From: a virus
Lineage: Duplodnaviria > Heunggongvirae > Uroviricota > Caudoviricetes
Direction: 5' to 3' (one strand)
IMG/VR virus record: IMGVR_UViG_2913147268_000003
Length of the DNA: 21,948 bases
This document shows, piece by piece, positions 16,032-21,948 of the stretch; position 1 is the first letter of the stretch; every line of letters starts with the position of its first letter. The translations under genes and the position numbers were made by a program. The notes under the pieces are model-generated. The model made no database searches, was not told the DNA's origin, and worked only from the letters and a program-made list of their open reading frames with translations.

Positions 16032-16689
16032 AGGTAATATAATTTTCTGTTGAGTTGATTAATAAACGCAAATATAGATCAATTCTTTCTGACCTCGATT
16101 TGACTTCTTCTAAAGGGTCTATTTGACCTTTTTTAGAAAAGCTGGTACTTCCATGTGCCAGCTCATTTCTGATATCTTTAAGTAAATCTAAGTCAACACC
16201 ATTTCTACACTCTGGTGAGTTTGCAACAGTTATTCCGTAAGCTTGTGTTATTTTGTGCAATACAGACTTGCAAACATTACCATTGAATTCTTTACGTATG
16301 TTTAATGAGGCTGAAATGATCCTTTTAGATATATCGGAACCAATTTTTTGATAAAGAGATTTTCCCGATTCATTATCTGAAATGATACGGTGCAAGATAT
16401 TTACTTGGAATTTCTCCCTGAGTGATGCGTAATTTACTTCATTATCTTGCAAATGGTCATAAATTGACTCAATGCATCCTCTGGCAGTGTTTTCAACCTG
16501 ATTGTACAGCATCATGTGCACGGATGATTTTAAAATGTTAACCCTAAGGGTATTTGATTCTATTTCATCTTTATGCGTTTGCTGATCTAACTGCTGAGTC
16601 TGAGCCTCTAAAGATGACGCAAGAGAAAGCAATTCCATAATATCTCTTGCTCTTTCTTCGTATTCATCTCTTAAATCAATCAAACTCAT
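16000..16689 (-). CDS. HEPN-domain protein (putative RNase effector)
   Basis: 229 aa with its ATG 2 nt after the stop of the DUF262 gene. C-terminal R-x4-H motif (IRNELAHG, residues 174-179) typical of HEPN, preceded by a coiled-coil-like N-terminus. Confidence 0.55.
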   Translation of the reverse strand: MSLIDLRDEYEERARDIMELLSLASSLEAQTQQLDQQTHKDEIESNTLRVNILKSSVHMMLYNQVENTARGCIESIYDHLQDNEVNYASLREKFQVNILHRIISDNESGKSLYQKIGSDISKRIISASLNIRKEFNGNVCKSVLHKITQAYGITVANSPECRNGVDLDLLKDIRNELAHGSTSFSKKGQIDPLEEVKSRSERIDLYLRLLINSTENYITSNGYLSPQHV

Positions 16690-16691
16690 AG

Positions 16692-17849
16692 TTACATTCC
16701 TAATAATTTATCTTTGACATAAAATATTCTGTTTTTGAGTTGGCTGGTGTTGTTGGCACTATCAGCAGTAACTATGGTTTCAAATTCCTCCCCAAACAGC
16801 CAGTCTCCTACAGGAATAACCGGAGCCTGTAGATGTGGATTGGCTTTTAAGGCAAGAGCAGTTCCCACTGCTATGGCTTCGTATCTAGCACGGGGGGTGG
16901 TTTTGCTTGTTGGTGTCTTTTTAAACCCCATAGGGAAATGAGCATCTACAAAAGCAAGCATGCTTTCAAAATCATGTTTAAATTTGTCTACATCTTGTTG
17001 TGTGACCCTTTCGGCCTGAACATTAAGATAATTGTCAATAAAAGGAGCGACATAACCCTTATAATTTTCTAAATCATTTAAGTATGCAAAAAATCTCAAA
17101 ACTAACTCACGATGATCGCCATTCGAACGTTTCCGGTCTGATAATGGAGCTAGACTAGCGAAAAGTGGATTTGTTGAGCAAGGAGTCACAACATCCCTAT
17201 AGAAAATTGAAGTGGCCGCATCTGAACCATGTCTAACCTCCATCGCTTCCAGTCTCTTAACACCTGAATTTATTCTTTCGAATAAATCTCTTCTATGTTG
17301 CTCCTCAACATCACCTTTCAATTCAATAAATCTTAGTGATGCCCTTAAAAATCGCCTCTGGCGGCTAGCCAAAAGATCTGAAAATTTGAAGCCCTCTAAA
17401 CTTTTGAGTTCTTTTAAGTCTTTCAATTCAAACTGATTGTTCCAAAAGTAGTAAATTGAGCGAATCCTTTGTGAACCGTCAATAATTTCTACACGACCAT
17501 CCAACTCAGGATCTTCATTAAATACGTCGGAGATGTAGAGGTACGGGATTGGAAAATCTAATAATATACTTTCGATGAATCGAGAGGCTGTTTTGATATC
17601 CCATTTGTAATCGCGTTGATAATCAGGAATAAAAAGTTCGTTTTTGTCAGTTTCAAGATTATTGCCATACTTTTGTACAATTAATTCAACGGTCCATTCA
17701 CGTACGTTGTATCCAATATTTCTCTGAGCAAGCCTAATCTCGTTGTCGGCAGAAGTGACCAAGGCTGCAATTTCAGCTTTTTTTCTATTTTTCGCGTTTT
17801 CATCTTGAATCTGAGCAAGCTCTTCTTTGAGTTCTTTGAGTGTGGTCAT
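16692..17849 (-). CDS. DUF262 (ParB-like nuclease superfamily) domain protein
   Basis: 385 aa with AAGGAA upstream. N-terminal DUF262 signature motifs (IPDYQRDYKWD and IIDGSQRIRSI); the C-terminal roughly 180 aa are unassigned. Confidence 0.7.
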   Translation of the reverse strand: MTTLKELKEELAQIQDENAKNRKKAEIAALVTSADNEIRLAQRNIGYNVREWTVELIVQKYGNNLETDKNELFIPDYQRDYKWDIKTASRFIESILLDFPIPYLYISDVFNEDPELDGRVEIIDGSQRIRSIYYFWNNQFELKDLKELKSLEGFKFSDLLASRQRRFLRASLRFIELKGDVEEQHRRDLFERINSGVKRLEAMEVRHGSDAATSIFYRDVVTPCSTNPLFASLAPLSDRKRSNGDHRELVLRFFAYLNDLENYKGYVAPFIDNYLNVQAERVTQQDVDKFKHDFESMLAFVDAHFPMGFKKTPTSKTTPRARYEAIAVGTALALKANPHLQAPVIPVGDWLFGEEFETIVTADSANNTSQLKNRIFYVKDKLLGM

Positions 17850-17955
17850 ATCACTGTTCCTTTAATTGGAGTTGGAAATAGATTGTAAGAAAACTATAAC
17901 GCGTACGCAAAAAATATTATATCGTGTTAAGAGTGGTTACTACGCCACACAGCTT

Positions 17956-17979
17956 AAACCCGCCGCCAGGCGGTTTTTT
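17956..17979 (+). terminator. Intrinsic terminator (plus-strand sense)
   Basis: AAA then CCGCC-gcca-GGCGG followed by TTTTTT. No plus-strand gene lies immediately upstream, so it appears orphaned. Confidence 0.5.
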
Positions 17980-18102
17980 GTGTCCGAAAAACGGCGCAGT
18001 ACGTTAAACGTGCTGGTGGTTGCGAATACCGGTCTTTCAGCTTGCTGGCTTTTCAGACAAGAGTTATTGGTATGTCACGTTAACCAGAAAAGGGAAAAAG
18101 AC

Positions 18103-18300
18103 ATGCTAAAACAGCAGGATATGACCGAAACTGCCAGAGTGGTGTTTAATGAATTAAGCGTCACCGAACCGGCGACCGTCGGGGAAATTGCGCAGAATAC
18201 TTACCTTTCACGCGAACGCTGCCAGCTAATACTGACCCAGCTTGTTATGGCGGGTCTGGCAGATTATCAGTTCGGTTGTTACAGACGCCTTCCGCAGTGA
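18103..18300 (+). CDS. Small putative winged-helix regulator (65 aa)
   Basis: ATG at 18103 (MLKQQDMTETARVVFNELSVTEPATVGEIAQNTYLSRERCQLILTQLVMAGLADYQ...) resembles small FaeA/PapI-like winged-helix proteins; the track's longer ORF from 17866 is unsupported. Confidence 0.4.
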   Translation: MLKQQDMTETARVVFNELSVTEPATVGEIAQNTYLSRERCQLILTQLVMAGLADYQFGCYRRLPQ

Positions 18301-18407
18301 AGGCTTTTTTATTTGTGGTAATGGGCGGCTGGTGGGTGTTAGCGGCACCTGCCAGCCATCTGCTCATGCGTTGGGGTCACAAGCAAACCTCAGGCCCATC
18401 TGCTTTG

Positions 18408-18624
18408 ATCCGCGGTCGCATCATCCAGGTGCCGTCAAACTATGACCCGGAAAAACGCACGTACAGTGGTATCTGGGACGGCAGTCTGAAACCGGCATAC
18501 AGCAACAACCCGGCCTGGTGCCTGTGGGACATGCTGACTCACCCGCGCTACGGCATGGGAAAACGTCTGGGGCGGCGGATGTGGACAAGTGGGCGCTGTA
18601 TGCCATCGGGCAGTACTGCGACCA
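18408..18624 (+). pseudogene. Tail-tip host-specificity (J-like) fragment, plus-strand copy
   Basis: Encodes [55 protein letters not shown], then frameshifts by loss of one G. It is an inverted copy (about 99%) of 20019..20236. Confidence 0.6.
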
Positions 18625-20236
18625 TGCCTGATATCCGCAATCCGCTTTTCCGAGAACCAGAACTCAAACTGTACCGTCGGGTCATAAACGGCAAGATGTG
18701 GCGTTGCGGTTATCTGAAAATAGCCCGGCGTCAGCTCAATCCGCGACGGTGCTGCCGGTGCGGTAATCCGGAAGGTGGTGGTGGCAGGTTCACCCTGCTG
18801 GCCATAGCTGTTTATCGCCCGCACCGTCAGGGTGTATTCCCCGAGCGGCAGGCCGCTGAAACGGTGCTCCGTGTCTGCGGTGATGGCGGTGGTCACCAGT
18901 CTGGCATCCGTTCCCTTACCACTGGTCAGGCGCAGACTGAAGCACACACCCTTCACCACCCGCGGCGTGTCCCATTTCGCCTGCGCCAGATACTGGCCGT
19001 CAGCTGCGCTCACCTCCACCGTCAGGTGCTGCACTGCCGGTGGGATGACGCTGTTCAGGGAACCTGACTGCGGCTCAAAGCGGGCACCGTTATCCACGAT
19101 GGCTTCTTTTTCCGGTACGTGCTGCACCGCCGTGATGGCAAAGGTGCCGTCCGTGTTTTCCCGGATGGAGACACAGCGGAACAGGCGACGGCGCAGTGAC
19201 GGCAGGGAGAGTCCCCACACCCCGTATGTCTCCACACCATCAGGCAGGGTACTGACCTGTATCCGGTCCGGCGCGGGGTGTGCGGTGATGTCCACACTCA
19301 CCGGCTTACCGCTGCCGTTAATCAGGTTCACCGCCGATGTACCTGTCTCCGGCAGGGTAACCTCACGGTCCAGCGTCAGGGTGCGGGTGGCAGCATCAAT
19401 GGACAGGACACGTCCGCCGGTCAGGGTCCCGGCATAGTCATTATCACAGATTTCAATAATGTCACCGGGTGTGTGCCGCAGCCCCTGAGACCCGAGCGTG
19501 AAATCCACCGTCTGCGTTTCCAGCAGTTCGGTCTTTATCACCCACAGTCCGGCACGGTGGGCCTGACCGCGGCTGGTACAGCCGAACGCGTCCATCTTCA
19601 GCAGGTTGCGTCCGTAGCGCAGTATGGCTTCCGGGTCTTCCACCAGTTCCGTGGAGGTCTGCCAGCCGTTCTGCGGGTCGGTGTAATTCACCTCCACCGC
19701 CGTGTGCCGGTCCTTCAGGGCACTGAAGCTGTAGCGGAATCCCACGCCGTTATCATCCACCACCACATCGCTGTTGGTGTACGGCCACACCACATCCGAC
19801 GGGCGGTCCTGAACGAACGTCAGCGTCTGACCGTTCCATACCGGCATACAGCGCATCGCAGAGCAGAAATCACTGAGAACGTCCCACGCCTTACGCTGTT
19901 GTGCCAGGTACGCATTAAAGGTCATCCGCGGCTCGGTCCCCCCGAAACCATCCGGGACCGTCTGGTCGCAGTACTGCCCGATGGCATACAGCGCCCACTT
20001 GTCCACATCCGCCGCCCCTGGTCGCAGTACTGCCCGATGGCATACAGCGCCCACTTGTCCACATCCGCCGCCCCCAGACGTTTTCCCATGCCGTAGCGCG
20101 GGTGAGTCAGCATGTCCCACAGACACCAGGCCGGGTTGTTGCTGTATGCCGGTTTCAGACTGCCGTCCCAGATACCACTATACGTGCGTTTTTCCGGGTC
20201 ATAGTTTGACGGCACCTGGATGATGCGACCGCGGAT
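18625..20236 (-). pseudogene. Tail-tip host-specificity protein (lambda J-like) internal fragment, frameshifted
   Basis: Minus-strand translation gives a long J-like stretch ([74 protein letters not shown] ... [44 protein letters not shown]) matching the central part of lambda J as recalled. It lacks both ends and is broken by a 56 bp tandem duplication. Confidence 0.8.
19962..20073. repeat. Perfect 2 x 56 bp tandem duplication inside the J-like remnant
   Basis: CTGGTCGCAGTACTGCCCGATGGCATACAGCGCCCACTTGTCCACATCCGCCGCCC occurs twice in direct tandem (19962-20017 and 20018-20073). 56 is not a multiple of 3, so it frameshifts the J reading frame. Confidence 0.85.
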
Positions 20237-20527
20237 GACGAAAACTCCGGTGAATTTTTTGTTCAGGTCTGGGGAAATGGAGCCAACTTCGAAAACACGA
20301 TTTTGCGCCGTTCATACGAACGGCAGGGGATCCCCTGCCCATGGCGTTACTACAACGATCGCGATGTACGCACAATCGTTGAGCTGGGGAAAGCCATAGA
20401 CTTCGATGCCAGAACGGCTATTCCATTCGAAGGTGAGCGCCATAATGCACTTGATGACGCCCGTTACCAGGCAAAATACGTTTCAGTTATCTGGCAAAAA
20501 CTGATCCCGAATCAGGCTGATTTTTAA
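20237..20527 (+). pseudogene. 5'-truncated DEDDh-type 3'-5' exonuclease fragment
   Basis: The C-terminal H-x4-D motif (GERHNALDDARYQAKY) and an upstream GNGANFENTIL segment fit Exo III and Exo II motifs of DnaQ-like exonucleases; the Exo I (DxE) region is absent. The frame runs directly into the J inverted repeat, and the only in-frame start is a TTG at 20303. Confidence 0.45.
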
Positions 20528-20591
20528 TGTTCAACCCCGGTCGTTGCCCACCAGCTATAGTGGCGGCGACCATGATTAGCGAACGACGCTC

Positions 20592-20840
20592 ATGGCAAGA
20601 CTTATTCTGCTCACTGAGTGGGCAAAAGAGGAATTCAGTGAACCGGTCCCAACTCCGAGTACGTTAAGTAAATACGCTAAAGCCGGAATGATATTTCCTC
20701 TCCCCAAAAAAGTTGGAAGACGCTGGCGAGTGGATCCGCAAGCTCGCTTTGTCGGAATGGTAAACAAGCCGGAGGTGATCGCCACAGATCACCCTGCTTT
20801 GAAGAGGATACTGGAAGATGGCGCGCCCGCGAAAATATAA
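20592..20840 (+). CDS. xis: Excisionase (lambda Xis-like)
   Basis: 82 aa immediately upstream of, and overlapping, the integrase gene. The pattern LLTEWAKEEF...AGMIFPLPKKVGRRWRV resembles lambda/HK022 Xis (LTLQEW...RIFPPPVKDGREY) as recalled. Confidence 0.6.
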   Translation: MARLILLTEWAKEEFSEPVPTPSTLSKYAKAGMIFPLPKKVGRRWRVDPQARFVGMVNKPEVIATDHPALKRILEDGAPAKI

Positions 20841-21948
20841 AACCAATGTTCCGGGATTATCTCCGTATTTTGACAAAAGAAATAACAAAGTTTACTGGCG
20901 TTACAGGCATCCCATAACAGGCAAAAATCACGGTCTCGGCAGTATTGACCAGAAACTGGCAGAAACTATTGCAGCAGAAGCGAACAGCCGTCTTGCCCGG
21001 CAGCAAATGGAACAAATGCTCAGTCTGCAGGAGAAAATTATTAGTGATACCGGCGGTTCATCAACCGTTACCATTTTTCTGAATAATTACAGAAAAATTC
21101 AACAGGAAAGATATGAAAACGGCGAGATCAAACTCAACACGCTGAAACAGAAAGCGGCCCCTCTCAGGGTATTTGATGAACGTTTTGGCACCAGACCGTT
21201 AGATGCCATAACCGTAAAAGATGTGGTATCAGTACTGGAAGAGTACAAGGCCAGAGGACATAACAGAATGGGACAAATTTTCAGGAAGGTACTGATCGAT
21301 GTTTTCCGGGAAGCTCAGCAAACGGGCGATGTCCCGCCAGGCTTTAACCCTGCAGAATCGGCAAAAAAACCGCAGGTGCGGATATCAAGACAGCGACTGA
21401 CTTTTGATGAGTGGATGATGATTTATAACGCAGCGGAAAAGGATGGTTACTTTTTACAGCGCGGTATGCTGCTGGCACTGATGACAGGCCAGCGCCTTTC
21501 AGATATTTGCAAAATGCAATTTTCGGATATCCGGGATGGTTATCTTCATGTCGAACAGCAAAAAACAGGAACCCGGATTGCCATCCCTCTGGCTCTGCGT
21601 TGCGATAAATTAAATCTCACCCTAGATGATGTGGTGTCATCCTGCCGCGATTGCGTTCTTAGTCCGTGGCTATTGCACCACCATCACGCGAAAGGGACAG
21701 CTAAGCGCGGCGGGATGGTTAAGCCAGCAACATTAACCGTTGCATTTAAAAAAGCCCGGGATTCTGTGGATTACAACTGGCGTGCTAATGGCACCCCACC
21801 CTCTTTCCATGAGCAGAGATCTTTATCAGAGCGATTGTTCAGAGAGCAGGGGGTTGATACCAAAATTTTGCTGGGCCATTCGAATCAAAAAATGACCGAT
21901 ATTTACAACGACGCACGCGGTAAGGAATGGAAAAAACTGGTCATTTGA
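20818..21948 (+). CDS. int: Tyrosine integrase, lambda Int family
   Basis: 376 aa. Similar to lambda Int as recalled: LTFDEWMMIYNAAE, LLALMTGQRLSDICKMQFSDIRDGYLHVEQQKTGTRIAIP, FHEQRSLSERLF, LLGHSNQKMTDIYNDARGKEWKKL with the catalytic Tyr in the DIY region. Stop at 21946-21948. Confidence 0.9.
   Translation: MARPRKYKTNVPGLSPYFDKRNNKVYWRYRHPITGKNHGLGSIDQKLAETIAAEANSRLARQQMEQMLSLQEKIISDTGGSSTVTIFLNNYRKIQQERYENGEIKLNTLKQKAAPLRVFDERFGTRPLDAITVKDVVSVLEEYKARGHNRMGQIFRKVLIDVFREAQQTGDVPPGFNPAESAKKPQVRISRQRLTFDEWMMIYNAAEKDGYFLQRGMLLALMTGQRLSDICKMQFSDIRDGYLHVEQQKTGTRIAIPLALRCDKLNLTLDDVVSSCRDCVLSPWLLHHHHAKGTAKRGGMVKPATLTVAFKKARDSVDYNWRANGTPPSFHEQRSLSERLFREQGVDTKILLGHSNQKMTDIYNDARGKEWKKLVI

Noticed and set aside
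15000-17900. Reading the DUF262 protein as a complete GmrSD-type type IV restriction enzyme
   Set aside because: The C-terminal half shows no His-Me/HNH-like motif that I can see, and the protein is shorter than typical GmrSD fusions; I report it as a DUF262 protein paired with a separate HEPN protein instead.
18242-20223. Long plus-strand ORFs across the J remnant (18276..19067, 18832..19437, 19278..20096, 19981..20223) and the 563 aa minus-strand ORF taken as an intact gene
   Set aside because: The plus-strand frames are antisense to clearly J-like minus-strand coding sequence (apart from the inverted copy at 18408-18624); the 563 aa ORF starts in a shifted frame and ends in antisense of the inverted repeat. 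Interpreted as a disrupted J pseudogene, not intact genes.
1-21948. tRNA genes, CRISPR arrays and IS/transposase genes
   Set aside because: I saw no cloverleaf-like tRNA sequence, no regularly spaced short repeats with spacers, and no transposase-like ORF. The only repeat structures are those reported (tandem duplications, iterons, inverted J copies, paralogous gene modules).

Overview
The window reads as a defective lambdoid prophage region of E. coli/enterobacterial type (a read-by-eye judgement; no database search was possible), with a tyrosine integrase/excisionase module at each end, both pointing outward. From left to right: int-xis (minus strand), a tightly coupled leftward operon of small early genes including an Ead/Ea22-like gene, a CI-type (HTH + S24 peptidase) repressor with flanking operator-like repeats, then a rightward operon with three Rha-like regulatory genes, a replication module (initiator with internal iterons, DnaC-like loader, DnaB-like helicase) and a Q-like antiterminator. 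The Q-like gene is followed by a roughly 3 kb AT-rich island carrying a cytosine-5 DNA methyltransferase convergent with a two-gene DUF262 (ParB-like) + HEPN operon; this is my best candidate for an uncharacterised defence system. Right of the island lies a scrambled tail-fibre (J-like) remnant with a ~217 bp inverted repeat and a perfect 56 bp tandem duplication, then a 5'-truncated DEDDh exonuclease fragment and a second xis-int pair. No structural or lysis genes, tRNA genes, CRISPR arrays or transposases were recognised. All family assignments come from motifs read in the translations and from memory of those families.
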